Below, in pieces: positions 47,239-61,188 of a stretch of 64,000 nt of DNA (positions are counted from its first letter, which is position 1; each line of letters opens with the position of its first letter). The position numbers were made by a program, and so were the translations under genes. This stretch comes from Octopus vulgaris (lineage: Eukaryota). Location of the stretch: assembly GCA_951406725.2 (NCBI GenBank), contig OX597840.1, positions 186,001-250,000 on the forward strand, given 5' to 3'. Below the pieces are notes generated by a model. The model saw only the letters and a program-made list of their open reading frames with translations, did not search any database and was not told where the DNA came from.

Positions 47239-47619
47239 TACATATATATATATATACATATACATATACATATATATGTATATATATGTATATATACACA
47301 CACTTACACTAATACACGTATCCGCACTCGTGGCTTCCCAAAATACACGTACAAACATACACATGCACACAGATACATAGAGCAGAGCCATGCTCACACA
47401 CACGAACGGACAGACACATACAACTACATACGCCCACGCACACACCCATACACACAGCGACTTAGACATGCAGGGCACAACCACTAATGCATGCGTATGC
47501 AAGGGAAAAACGCATACACTCAAACACACAGACTGAAACAGAGTGACGCAAGGAGATACACTTAGACACACACACAAAACAATTTTAAACACACACACAC
47601 ACACACACAAAACATAGCC

Positions 47620-47858
47620 GTACACACACAGGCACCCGTATACTCACAAATGCACAATGGTATCCTCATAAACACACAAACACTCACACACACACACACA
47701 CACATACACACACACACACACACACACAGGTACCCGTATAGTCACACATGCACAAAGGTATACTCACACACACACACATGGCCGTACACACACAGGCACC
47801 CGTATACTCACAAATGCACAATGGTATACTCATAAACACACAAACACTCACACACACA

Positions 47859-47890
<32 letters not shown>

Positions 47891-48008
47891 GGCACCCGTA
47901 TAGTCACACATGCACAAAGGTATACTCACACACACACACATGGCCGTACACACACAGGCACCCGTATACTCACAAATGCACAATGGTATACTCATAAACA
48001 CACAAACA

Positions 48009-48059
<51 letters not shown>

Positions 48060-48344
48060 GCACCCGTATAGTCACACATGCACAAAGGTATACTCACACA
48101 CACACACATGGCCGTACACACACAGGCACCCGTATACTCACAAATGCACAATGGTATACTCATAAACACACAAACACTCACACACACACACACATACACA
48201 CACACACACACACAGGCACCCGTATAGTCACACATGCACAAAGGTATACTCACACACACACACATGGCCGTACACACACAGGCACCCGTATACTCACAAA
48301 TGCACAATGGTATACTCATAAACACACAAACACTCACACACACA

Positions 48345-48382
<38 letters not shown>

Positions 48383-48510
48383 CACCCGTATAGTCACACA
48401 TGCACAAAGGTATACTCACACACACACACATGGCCGTACACACACAGGCACCCGTATACTCACAAATGCACAATGGTATACTCATAAACACACAAACACT
48501 CACACACACA

Positions 48511-48544
<34 letters not shown>

Positions 48545-48900
48545 GGCACCCGTATAGTCACACATGCACAAAGGTATACTCACACACACACACATGGCCG
48601 TACACACACAGGCACCCGTATACTCACAAATGCACAATGGTATACTCATAAACACACAAACACTCACACACACACACACACATACGCACACACATAGACG
48701 TACACACACGGGCACCTGTATACTCACACATACACAAAGGTATGCTCACACACACACCCATACACACATACCCGTACACACACAGACACACGTATACTCA
48801 CACATGTACAATGGTATATTCACACACACACACTCATACACACATACCCGTACACACACAGGCACACGTATACTGACACATGCACAATGGAATACTCATA
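47620..48900. repeat. Minisatellite with a ~160-170-bp unit, about 6.5 copies plus decayed subunits
   Basis: GGCACCCGTATACTCACAAATGCACAATGGTA alternates with GGCACCCGTATAGTCACACATGCACAAAGGTA, spaced by (CA)n. Confidence 0.95.
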
Positions 48901-48950
48901 CACACTCACACACACACTCACATTCACACACACATATGCTCACACAGACG

Positions 48951-48995
<45 letters not shown>

Positions 48996-49491
48996 TCACA
49001 CACACACTCACACAGGCAGACACTCACACACATCTAAAGCATTTAGCTATCATTAAAGCCTATTGTGAAATCCTAATTTAAAATTCATCATTTCATTTGT
49101 ATTAACGGCATTCAACCTTTTGGAACTGTGTTAGTGCAATGCCGACTGAGACGTGTGTGTATATGTGTGTGTGTATGTGTGTGTGTGTGTGTGTCTGTTG
49201 GTGTCTGTGTGTGTGTTGTATGTGAGTGTGCTTGCTGTATTGGTTGGTATGTACACATGTTTGTTTGACTGTGTAAGTGTACGAGGCTTTGTGTGTGTGT
49301 ATGCGAATAGATATATAGGTATATGTGTATATATATATATATGTATATATAAATATTTATATATGTGCATGCGTATAATTGTATATAGATAAACAAACAA
49401 TACACATACATAAATAAACATAAAAAAACAAACAAACGTATATGTATTTACACATACACATATACATAGAAACATGTAGTTAAACATATAC

Positions 49492-49542
<51 letters not shown>

Positions 49543-49668
49543 CATGCATACATATGTACACAAACCACACACTGGCGCATATATAAGTATGTGTGTGTAT
49601 ATATATATGTATATATATAAGAAATGATTATTCAATATCTGGGGTGTCGATATATCTGTGCCTGTCCA

Positions 49669-49720
<52 letters not shown>

Positions 49721-49878
49721 CTTTCTGTTTCTTTCTTTCACACACACGCGTTCGCGCACAAACATACACATAAACACATATACACACCTACATATTTACA
49801 GTATACTTATACAATATATACATTTGTATAGCCATGTATACACATACACATATATATATATATACTTACATATATAAG

Positions 49879-49912
<34 letters not shown>

Positions 49913-50117
49913 TATTAATGTATATATATATATATATATATATACATATATATATCCATATATATGTGTGTGTGTATGTGTGTCTCAGTCTGCTGCTTTT
50001 GTCAACAATGCAATCAGGTGGATCATTAAAAATTTCTGTCTGTTCTAAATTCTAAACTTTCGTGAAACTCATCCACCCCTAATACCCATGACACACAATA
50101 GCAGCAACATTTTGTGC

Positions 50118-50211
<94 letters not shown>

Positions 50212-50269
50212 CATAACTGAATATATGCATTTATATCTTTGTCTCTATGTATGTATGTAAGTATGTATG

Positions 50270-50303
<34 letters not shown>

Positions 50304-50325
50304 TGTATGTATGTATGTATGTATG

Positions 50326-50376
<51 letters not shown>

Positions 50377-50679
50377 GTATCTGTATATATTATATATAGC
50401 ACATATTACATATATGACATACTTAGATATATTGTATTGAATCAAAAGTATTTTTTAATATTTTGGTAGCTTATTTGCCTTATTCTTCAAGTTACAACGA
50501 AACCAGGCTAGCATTCAGAGTAGAGGCTATTGTGTTGCAACGTCTGTCTGCGAGTTCTTTGATCCCATGTTGATACCAATTCTTACCCATCGAGACGAAT
50601 ACCTCTTAAACCGAAGATTCCACCTTGTCTTGGTTGATGAAACGTTGCAAGCGCAGAAATTGAGCCAAGGATAGGAGCA

Positions 50680-50850
50680 AAGACTTACGACTCTTTCCGG
50701 AGGTAAGGCAAGCAGCTGAATCTTGCTGCCACAGATATGGCGTTTCAGCGGCATCTCACTCCAGCCAGGTCTGACCACAGCGTGAAGCAGCTTCACATAG
50801 TCGCCTGACTTGAGCCAAATGTCCAAAGACACTGTAGAAGAAACTTCAGT
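50680..50850 (-). mobile_element. Decayed Tc1/mariner-superfamily (maT-like) transposase fragment
   Basis: Minus-strand translation DYVKLLHAVVRP/W...PYLWQQDSAACLTSGKS, resembling the WQQDxAPxH motif. Confidence 0.6.
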
Positions 50851-50861
50851 GAACATATATA

Positions 50862-52960
50862 CTTACTTTAGGATCCATAATTGCCTTCTCTAACTGACGG
50901 TGAAGGCACATGACCTAGTGGTTAGAGCAGCGGTCGCAGGATCGTGGGTTCGAATCTCAGACCGGGCGATGTGTGTGTTTATGAGTGAAACACCTAAGCT
51001 CCACGCAGCTCCGGCAGAAGGTAATGGCGAACTTCTGCTGACTCTTTCGCTACAACTTTCTCTCACTCTTTCCCCCTGCATCTTGCAGCTCACCTGCGAC
51101 GGACCGGCGTCCCGTCCAGGTAGGGACCTTATACGCCAAATAAACCGGGAAACCGGCCCTTATGAGCAGGCGTGGCTCGAGAAGGAACAAAAAAGCTCTA
51201 ACTGAGGCAAACTTCAACGCCAGTCCTTAGAACCTGTAATCTAATCCCACTGAAGCCCACTTTAACCACTTAGTGACAATAATACAACCATTAGTGCCCC
51301 CACTTGTCTCAATAATAGCAACCTTAAGACATCTCGAAATACTACCTATATATCCGCATATACAAGAGGTGATTTCCCCGTCCCAGTCCAGCACTGATAC
51401 CGATTATACCGCCAGTCCTTTGCTGATAATGGATCATAGGAACCTAACCTCCTCAGCAGTAAACTCCAAAAGGAAAACAGGGAGGAAAACTTGCAATTGT
51501 CGTATTCTTAACTCTGCCCTCTTGGAGGTGTCTGTCTGCGTAAAAGTGTAGCCTACAATTGTCCGGTAATAACACCACGCTCCCACCAAGCAAGGATCTG
51601 TATCAGCGGTGCTGTTGATTTCAAGTGTCGCTACCGAGCACATATGAACTTTCTTCAATCCAAATTCTAAATTATCTACCACCTTAGCAACTTACATACA
51701 CAAACTCAAATCTCAAAATCTCAAAATGTTCCTTATACCCCACCCTGATCCATCGTGTATGAAGCTCCCCCATACAGCACTAACCTTGGTATTTGTAAAT
51801 TGCGCATAAGGGAATAGCTTGGAATCCTTTGCAAGCATAACCCCTCATTACTAAATAAATTCTCAGATTTAATACTCTCTTGTAAACACAGGTTCTATTC
51901 ATCATTTGCTCATTTTATTAAATCTATATAATCCCATAGCTATGATTATCCTCAATTATAATAATCATGGAGTACAACTAGGCTGGCCTAGGAACTTACC
52001 CCCTCCTCTAATACTACCCTTCCTACTAAATTATTATTTCTCATGATTACCTTTGCAAATTCCTCTTACCCACCACATCCCACCTCCCTCACAGCCTCCT
52101 CATCCTCACAAGTGGTAGTTTTTCCCCATTCTCTTATTTTCCCTCTCTGACCAAAAGCACTCACAATAATCCCGTTCAATTAGCTACAAACCTATCAACC
52201 TCCCCCTTTCTTACTATTCATTCCCTTCCCGCTATTCAATTTCATAACCCCCTGCACACCTCACTTCTCCACTCCAATACCAATCAACCTTCATTAAAGC
52301 ACTAACCACTGCTACCTTGACCACCGACTCACCCCCACTCGGACCATTTCCCTCTATCTTCTCTCACACCTTTCTACATACCTTAGTAATCTCCTTTCAC
52401 CACCAAACTAGACACCTTCTGTCTATCCCTTTTCTCACTATCTCAACTTCCAATAATTCTAGAGCTATTATCCCTAAATTTTGACACCTATACACAAACG
52501 TAACAACTGACCACCATTCAACTATTATCTGTCCCACCACTGCTACTGCTACTCCCACTCCCACTCACCTCCCAATTCTCCACCTCTACCACCACCTCCT
52601 TTAATACCCCCATTATTAACTCCCCCTCTTCCTGAACTACTTCTCTGATGTCTTCTCACCATCCCCTGTCTTAACACTCCTCACAACCTCCTACTTCCTC
52701 TAATACGTTTAGCCCTCCACATTTAATCATTCCACCGTTGAACTTTTCTGCATTAATATCTGAATTAAAAGATCGTGTCTACCCTGATGACGGAGGCTCG
52801 ACTTACCCAATGTTGATCCAAGTATTTTGATGAACCAAGGATTATGCTGAACTACATCTACCAACATTATGATAGATCCCAGAGCACCCAGAAACAGCTC
52901 TTGAACTTATAACACCTTTTTTTCACCCGTTTACTTATCTCTGTTGTTTATACTTTGTGT
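50862..52960 (+). mobile_element. Penelope-like element 3' part: linker, Cys motif, GIY-YIG endonuclease, long 3' UTR with degenerate hammerhead
   Basis: TCNCRILN/CPLGGVCLRKSVAY...ICISG...FKCRYRAH, then APPYSTNLGICKLRIRE*...LLNKFSDLILSCKHR. CTGATGA at 52784, GAAACAGCT at 52891. The CxCx5Cx5C motif suggests the Naiad clade (from recall). Confidence 0.85.
50898..51195 (+). mobile_element. SINE family C, full length, 10-bp TSD, nested in the PLE
   Basis: TSD CTCTAACTGA at 50888-50897 and 51196-51205. Confidence 0.92.
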
Positions 52961-52992
52961 ATGTTGGATTTATTAATACATCTTTTTGTCAA

Positions 52993-53372
52993 GGCGCCTA
53001 GCTGGCAGAAACGTTAGCACGCCAGGCGAAATGCGTAGCCGTATTTCGTCTGTCGTTACGTTGTGAGTTCAAATTCCGCCGAGGTCGACTTTGCCTTTCA
53101 TCCTTTCGGGGTCGATAAATTAAGTATCAGTTACGCACTGGAGTCGATGTAATCGACTTAATACCTATGTCTGTCTTAGTTTGTCCCCTCTGTGTTTAGT
53201 TCCTTGTGGGTAGTAAAGAAATAGGTATTTCGTCTGTCTTTACGAACTCAGTTCAAATTCCGCCGAGGTCGACTTTGCCTTTCATCCTTTCTGGGTCGAT
53301 AAATTAAGTACCAATTGCCTAATGGGGTCGATCTAATAAAAAAATTCGGGCCTTGTGCCTAGAGTAGAAAAC
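52993..53372 (+). mobile_element. SINE family B dimer (long-tail unit followed by short-tail unit)
   Basis: First unit ends AAAGAAATA, second ends GGGCCTTGTGCCTAGAGTAGAAAA. Confidence 0.9.
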
Positions 53373-53456
53373 TATATATCTTTATATTTATACGTAAATA
53401 CTCATCGCCTGACAGTCTCCACTTGTCGCTCCTATTTTGCATCTATACATATATAC

Positions 53457-53855
53457 TCTTTTACTTGTTTCAGTCATTTGATTGCGGCCATGCTGGAGCA
53501 ACGCCTTTAGTCGAGCAAATCGACCCCGGGACTTATTCTTTGTAAGTCCAGTACTTATTCTATCGGTCTCTTTTGCCGAACCGCTAAGTGACGGGGACGT
53601 AAACACACCAGCATCGGTTGTCAAGCAATGCTAGGGGGACAAACACAGACACACAAACATATACACACACACACTTATATATATATACATATATATAACA
53701 GGCTTCTTTCAGTTTCCGTCTACCAAATCCACTCACAAGGCTTTGGTCGCCCCGGGGCTATAGCAGAAGACACTTGCCCAAGATGCCACGCAGTGGGACT
53801 GAACCCGGAACCATGTGGTTGGTTAGCAAGCTACTTACCACACAGCCACTCCTGC
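53457..53855 (-). mobile_element. SINE family A, full length
   Basis: Reverse complement of the 14928/44978 type. Confidence 0.93.
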
Positions 53856-54376
53856 ATATATGTATATTTTGTTTTTCATACCCAGACTATTATGCTTAAT
53901 ATATCTAATCTGTTTTTAGAAAAATAAAAATTAGAAAGAAGTGGAAATTTTACCGGTGAGTTTGTTAAATTATAAGGCACCAAAAAAAGTATGACTCTCC
54001 CCAGACACAGCATTCACACATATTCTTTTATTTGCTTAAGTCATTTGGCTGCGGCTTTGCTGGAGCACATATATGAATACATACATATTCAGGTATATGC
54101 ATCACAAAAACAATCATACGCTTACATACTAGAATGTAAATAGATATGAATATGTTTACATATTTGCGGATATAATTTGAGTATATTTGCGTGCGCGCGC
54201 GTGTGTGTGTGTTTGTGTGCGTGCGCATGCGTATTGATATACATATTTGTATGAGTCCATATAATTATATACACACACATATACATATATATATGTATGT
54301 ATATATACATGTACATACATACATATGTATATAAACATATGTATATACGTACAGAGATGGACACACATACACACGC

Positions 54377-54447
<71 letters not shown>

Positions 54448-54549
54448 ATATATATATATATATAATGTATATATATATATACATTATATATATATATATT
54501 ATATACATATATATATATATTATATTATATATATACATATACATATTTA

Positions 54550-54607
<58 letters not shown>

Positions 54608-55179
54608 ATATATGTATATTATATTTCACTGATGCTTAAACCAAATTCTAAAACCTAACAGTATTTAAGAGGTATTTCTTTACAAAACAAAAACACTCAC
54701 CACAACACACACACACACACACACAACAACAACAACAACAACAATAACACACACAGCCACCCACACAAAACACCGCCCCTCACCTCACAACAACGCCCCC
54801 GACCTCGTACAATCTCTTATACAAACACACAAACACACACAAAACACCGTATTAATCTTGATAACATTTGAGTTCTGGTCAGAACTTAATCCACACTAAA
54901 ACTATAATCAGCTTACAGGTGGTTTACCTCCTCTCACTTGCATTTCTCTCTGATCTCGATGGACTTTTTGCCGTTTGTTATTAATCCCGGCGGCGCGCTT
55001 TTTATAATTATGCGTAATCTGGTGTTTTTGGTTGGTGAGATGTGAAGGCGGCCTGCTTGCTTGCTCTGTTTCACAGCCACGAAGTGAACCGTGAATATAT
55101 ATGTATGTATATGTATGTGTATATATGTATGTACGTATGTATGTATGTATGTATGTATGTATGTATGTATGTATGTATG

Positions 55180-55300
<121 letters not shown>

Positions 55301-55476
55301 CTATATATCTATATATATCTATCTATCTATCTCTATCTATCTATCTATCTTTCTATTTAGCTATCTATGTAGTGCATATGTACGTATATATGTACGCATA
55401 TTTTCTGAATGTATATAAGGATGTACAAATGAATGCATGTATTATACTGTTATGTTATAAATATATACATATAAAC

Positions 55477-55565
<89 letters not shown>

Positions 55566-55575
55566 TATATAACTA

Positions 55576-55871
55576 ACACTCCGTCGGTCACGACGACGAG
55601 GGTTCAAGTTGATACGATCAACGGAATGGCTTTCTCGTGAAATTAACGTGCAAGTGGCTGAGCACTCCACAGACACGAGTACCCTGAACCTAGTTCTCAG
55701 GGAGATTCAGCGTGACACAGATTGTGACAAGGCCAGTCTTTTTTGAAATACAGGTCCAACTCCATGAAAAATAACGTGCGTCTTGCTCATGCACACAACG
55801 TGTCGCCGGGGATTGAACTCACGACCTTATGACCAAGACCCGAATACCCTAACCACTAAGCCACGTGCCTT
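55576..55871 (-). mobile_element. SINE family D variant (different tRNA-like head, same 3' body)
   Basis: Minus head GAAGGCACGTGGCTTAGTGGTTAGG...GAGTTCAATCCC; body matches 16590-16775. Confidence 0.85.
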
Positions 55872-55888
55872 CACACACACACGCACAC

Positions 55889-55939
<51 letters not shown>

Positions 55940-55958
55940 CATACATACATTTTATATT

Positions 55959-55993
<35 letters not shown>

Positions 55994-56090
55994 CTATATA
56001 TATATACATACATATATATATATATATATGCCTATACATATACATATGCATATACATATACATATACATATATATATATATATATATAAA

Positions 56091-56140
<50 letters not shown>

Positions 56141-56204
56141 GTATATATATAAATATATGTATATATATAAATATATGTATATATATATGTGTATGTATAT
56201 ATAT

Positions 56205-56960
56205 AATGCTGCGCCTTATAACGGAACATCACGGGTATGCACCCTATGCCTAGAAGAAACCCTAGAAATAATTACATCCATGGAAAACGTGACAAATAGG
56301 CACTCTGAGATGATCATATCGTGTAAACATAAGAAATAAAAAAAACCATCATTCATGTAGTTTGGAGAATATATTTTGAATCGAAATAACACATAATAGA
56401 AAAGCGAAGGAACCCAAACAAATAGAGAAATCAACCAATATTTGAGATGCTACAACACTATACCAATAAAAACAAGAAAGAGGTCGCCGCAAGAAAGGAG
56501 TCAACGAACTACACTGCATTGCAGCAGTACTGGACCGTCTGTTGAGTTCAGAAATGAAATCAAAGAAAAGAATTTAACTCCCATCCTTAACATTTGAATG
56601 AATAATAAAACAAATCCACCATCACCATATGACACATCTCCATTCCCATATGACTATCATTCCTTCCTCTCTTCCTCTATTCCCATACCTTCTACACCTC
56701 CCCACCAAATACACACAGAAATTCCTATATAACACGTTTGACCTTCATACTGGCAAAAAGAGAAAAACACCCCTCTGTGGTTCATATACGAATGTTATAT
56801 CGCCTGAAGAAATGAATGAATGATGATGATCAACCGGATACCCACGGATACCACGGACTACGAGGTAACAATCTCAGGAATACGGATTGTGACCTTAAAA
56901 GTCATGTGATTTGTGGAAACGCGCGTAGCAATGCATTAAAAATTTATAAATTGTTGCTAT
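56205..56960 (+). mobile_element. Penelope-like element 3' end (GIY-YIG C-terminus plus UTR with hammerhead) inserted in (TA)n
   Basis: [22 protein letters not shown]...NRHSEMIISCKH; CTGAAGA at 56804, GAAAC-GCGC-GTA at 56916-56927. Confidence 0.82.
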
Positions 56961-56976
56961 ATATGCATATACATAC

Positions 56977-57024
<48 letters not shown>

Positions 57025-57057
57025 TATACATACTTAAATGCATGCATATATGTATGA

Positions 57058-57109
<52 letters not shown>

Positions 57110-57122
57110 ATATATATATATG

Positions 57123-57160
<38 letters not shown>

Positions 57161-57185
57161 CTTAAATGCATGCATATATGTATGA

Positions 57186-57311
<126 letters not shown>

Positions 57312-57351
57312 CAAAGTGTTAATAAAACGCTCAGAGAAGGAAAGAACGTTC

Positions 57352-57386
57352 TTTTAATGTTTCGAGCAAAGCTCTTCTTCAGAAAC
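57352..57386 (-). ncRNA. Minimal hammerhead motif, same family as 47031
   Basis: Minus strand TTT-CTGAAGA-AGAGCTTTGCTC-GAAAC-ATT-AAA; flank GTTGGCGATTTTTT shared with 46981. Confidence 0.6.
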
Positions 57387-57559
57387 GGGAGACAGAGAAA
57401 AGTTCAAGACAAAAGGAAGAACGAGGAAAAAATCGCCAACATTCCACATGTTCTTTTGTATTTTGGGTGGGTCATAATGCCAATACTAAACATAGGTGCT
57501 GGTCCTATTTCTTTTCCTTATATCACTAATCAATTGGTTAAACATATAATCAGTCAACT

Positions 57560-58078
57560 AATCGATTGTTCATACAAAGCCCAGTTTACCCATCATGACT
57601 ACCTGTCTGAAAAGGGTACACCAGGCACATGCATCACAACCATATGTGCTCGATATGGTGATGTCATATCAAGATAAACAGCACATGACCTTGCAGGTGG
57701 GGCTCAGTTAGAATTTTCTTCTGGTCGAGTAGCCCATCCCACTCAAAAGGTCCCTGAATAAGGATTGTTTAAAGATGTTGAATGAATCACCCATGTTTCC
57801 AGAGGTGAATTATCCAAACCTCTAAAAATTTCTTTCAACACATGGGTCTGATGCTCCCCCACTACTTCTGCTCGTGGTCAGAGATGCACATATCGTCAGC
57901 CACTAAGGGACATGTTCAACTGGTTAAGGTCAAACAACTGACAAGCAAATCTGTGGTATTGAGCAGAATATTTGCTGTGGCCCATCTTTTATACCAAGAC
58001 AAAACAGAGTACATGATAACACTTCCAATCAGTTAACCTCAGAAGACATGAGAGCCACTGTCTTGTACTACATCAGGG

Positions 58079-58153
<75 letters not shown>

Positions 58154-58160
58154 GTAGTAG
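57560..58160 (+). mobile_element. Probable retroposon 3' region ending in (ATT)n
   Basis: GC-balanced block ending abruptly in a long (TTA)n tail; no second copy in the window and no coding motif seen. Confidence 0.35.
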
Positions 58161-58363
58161 TAGTAGTAGTATTAGTATTATTACTAAAGGCGGTGAGATG
58201 GCAGAGATATTAACAACACGCTGAACGAAATACCGAGGTCGACTTTCGCCGATGACTTACTTCCTTTCGGAGTCGATAAATTAAGTACTTAGTCAAGTAC
58301 TGGGGTCGATGTGACTGACTATCACCCCACCAAAATTCTAGGCTTTCTGCCTTATCATTATCA

Positions 58364-58452
<89 letters not shown>

Positions 58453-59010
58453 ATTATTATTATTATTATTAAAGTTGCGACCTGGGAATTCGGTAGTGCG
58501 TCGGACAAAAATGCTGACGATATTGTCTTCCAACTCTTAACGTTCCGGGTTCAAATACCGTCAAAGCCAACTTCGCATCTCATCCTTTCAGGACAGACTA
58601 CGTAAAGGAACCGTGAAACTGCGTCAAAAATTTACAGAAATTTCGAGGTGCTGGGTATCGTGTGGGAGCAAATGAAATTATATATATTTGATGTTGTTGT
58701 CGTTGTTGTTGTTTGGTATAATTTCTAAGTTCTCACTAATGGAAGCGAAAGACGAAAATAAGGAGAAATAAAATAAAATATATAATCAAATAAAATCACT
58801 GAAATATTCTTCAACACCCACCTCTTTTCTTTGTCTGTAATAATTTGCTTCTTTTCTTTGCTTGTCTCGTTTGTTTGTTTGTTTGTTTCATTCTTTCATT
58901 CATTTTTCTTCTTCCTTCACAAATGAAAAAAATTACCAAGACATTAAAAGTTTCATCATTATTCTTTTTTTAATGTATAATACTTTGTCTGTATATATAT
59001 ATATATATAT

Positions 59011-59098
<88 letters not shown>

Positions 59099-59185
59099 GT
59101 ATGTATATATATATATACCTATATATATATATGTATATATATATATGTATATATATATGTATATATATATGTATGTATATATATA

Positions 59186-59228
<43 letters not shown>

Positions 59229-59709
59229 ACATATATTATATATACACACATACAGATATGCATAAATATAGATACAGACACATACATACGCACGCACACA
59301 TACACACATATACACACATATATACACACATACAAATATATATAGATACACACATACATATTGAATTTTTATCTTCTCGATGGGGATCTTGTTGAAAGCT
59401 ATCTCTACTTGCAACGTATCTTACACGCCTCCGCACGCCTCCACACGCATCCACACGCCCCCACACACCGCCACACTCCACCATTACCTACCAGAGAACT
59501 CCACCCCCATCCACGCCGAACCGAACTCCACCAGCAATCACCGCCCATCACCGCACCATGCCATCACACCTCCACCGCAAATCACTTCACATCCTCCTAT
59601 TCATCCACGACCTCCAAGGAACCATATATGGTTAAGAAGATCGCTTTGCAGCTTCGTAGTTTTGGGTACATTCCCACTACACGGCACCTTGGGTGAGTGT
59701 CTTCTACTA

Positions 59710-59894
59710 CAGTGCTCCACAACCGGTATGCCGCGGCACACTGATGTTCCACGAGACGATGCTAGTTGTGCCGCAGAATAATCTGAATATAATTTATCCC
59801 CCCTACGCTTTCAGTTATATTTTTAGTTCAGGTGTGCTGCCGAATATTGATAAGAATATAAATGTACGCAAGTGAAAAAAGTTACGGTGCACTG
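59710..59894. mobile_element. hAT-family MITE nested in a degenerate SINE A (about 59625-59950)
   Basis: TIRs CAGTGCTCCACAAC / GTTACGGTGCACTG; 8-bp TSD TTCTACTA / TCCTGCTA (6 of 8 match); the SINE A sequence resumes after it. Confidence 0.75.
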
Positions 59895-60054
59895 TCCTGC
59901 TATAGCCTAGGGTGGTCAATGCCTTGAGAGTAAATTTGAAAACTGTGTGGATATATATTGAAACACTCCTGTCATTCCAGTTGAAACACTCCTGTCACAA
60001 TCTGGGACCTTGAAGACTGCTATAACGCATGAAAGTATACTATTCCATTAATAT

Positions 60055-60228
60055 TTGTGGCGAAAGTTATGGCGAAAGAGTGAGCAGAAGTTCGCCATTA
60101 CCCTCTGCTAGAGCTACATGGAGCTTAGGTGTTTCGCTCATAAATACACACATCACTCGATCTGAGATTCGAACCCGCGATCTCTCGACCGCAAGTCCGC
60201 TGCTCTAACCACTAGGCCACGTGCCTCT
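60055..60228 (-). mobile_element. SINE family C 5' half
   Basis: Minus strand GAGGCACGTGGCCTAGTGGTTAGAGCAGCGGAC...GGTTCGAATCTC. Confidence 0.88.
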
Positions 60229-60230
60229 AC

Positions 60231-61188
60231 TCTGGACAGAAGGTCAACAGAGAGTATGTTGTGGAGGTTCTGAAGGAGTTCAGGAAGAGATTTCATCGCA
60301 AAAGGCCAGATCTCTTCCACTCGGGTTCATGGCACGGGCACCATGACAAGCTAACAGTCCAAAATCCCTATTTCTTTACTACCCACAATGGGCTAAACAC
60401 AAAGGGGACAAACAAGGACATACATAGGTATTAAGTCGATTACATCGACCCCAGTGAGTAACTGGTACTTAATTTATCGACCCCGAAAGGATAAAAGGCA
60501 AAGTCGACCTCGGCGGAATTTGAACTCAGAACGTAGCGACAGACGAAATACCGCTAAGTATTTCGCCCGGTGTGCTAATGTTTCTGCTAGCTCCCCGCTT
60601 TTCTAACAGTCCAAAATACCTATTTCTTTATTACCCACAAGGGGCTAAACATAGAGGGGACAAACAAGGACAGACAAACGGATTAAGTCGATTACATCGA
60701 CTCCAGTGCGTAAATGGTACTTAATTTATCGACCCCGAAAGGATGAAAGGCAAAGTCGACCTCGGCGGAATTTGAACTCACAACGTAACGGCAGATGAAA
60801 TACCGCTAAGCATTTCGCCCGGTGTGCTAACGTTTCTGCCAGCTCGCCGACTTAACAGTTCAAAATACCGATTACTTGACAGAAACAGGCATGAAAAAAA
60901 TACAAAAAAACTGTACCTCACCCTCAAAGTCCAGACCTTGCTCCCTGTGACTTTTGGTTGTTCTAGCTGAAGAAGAACCTCAGGGTAAGTCGTTTTGAAG
61001 ACATTGAGAAGATAAAGGCGAGTGTGACAAGGGTCCAGGGTACTTTCACTTTAGAAGCCTTTCATGGGGCCTCCATGAAGTGACTGGACTGCTTCAACCA
61101 AAACCATGACGTCAAAGGCTCCTACTTCATTGAAATTAATAAATGTTTCTTCCGAAAAAATCTCAAAACTTCTGGAATGTATCTTGTA
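60231..61188 (+). mobile_element. Mariner transposon 3' part (decayed catalytic domain), interrupted by two SINE B copies
   Basis: GQKVNREYVVEVLKEFRKRFHRKRPDL...WHGHHD and SPDLAPCDFWLFSKLKKNL...RFEDIEKIK; terminus CAAAACTTCTGGAATGTATCTTG|TA. Confidence 0.88.
60366..60850 (-). mobile_element. Two head-to-tail full SINE B monomers separated by a target-site copy
   Basis: TAACAGT(C/T)CAAAAT occurs three times (about 60352, 60604, 60853), bounding the two copies. Confidence 0.88.

Noticed and set aside
47620-48720. CRISPR-like array
   Set aside because: The spacers are repeated (CA)n-rich sequence, not unique; the context is eukaryotic and there are no cas genes.
51430-51900. Selenocysteine (UGA) recoding, as reported for some Naiad PLEs
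   Set aside because: The Cys-motif positions read TGC/TGT (one decayed to CGC); the stops seen are ordinary decay and no SECIS was recognised.
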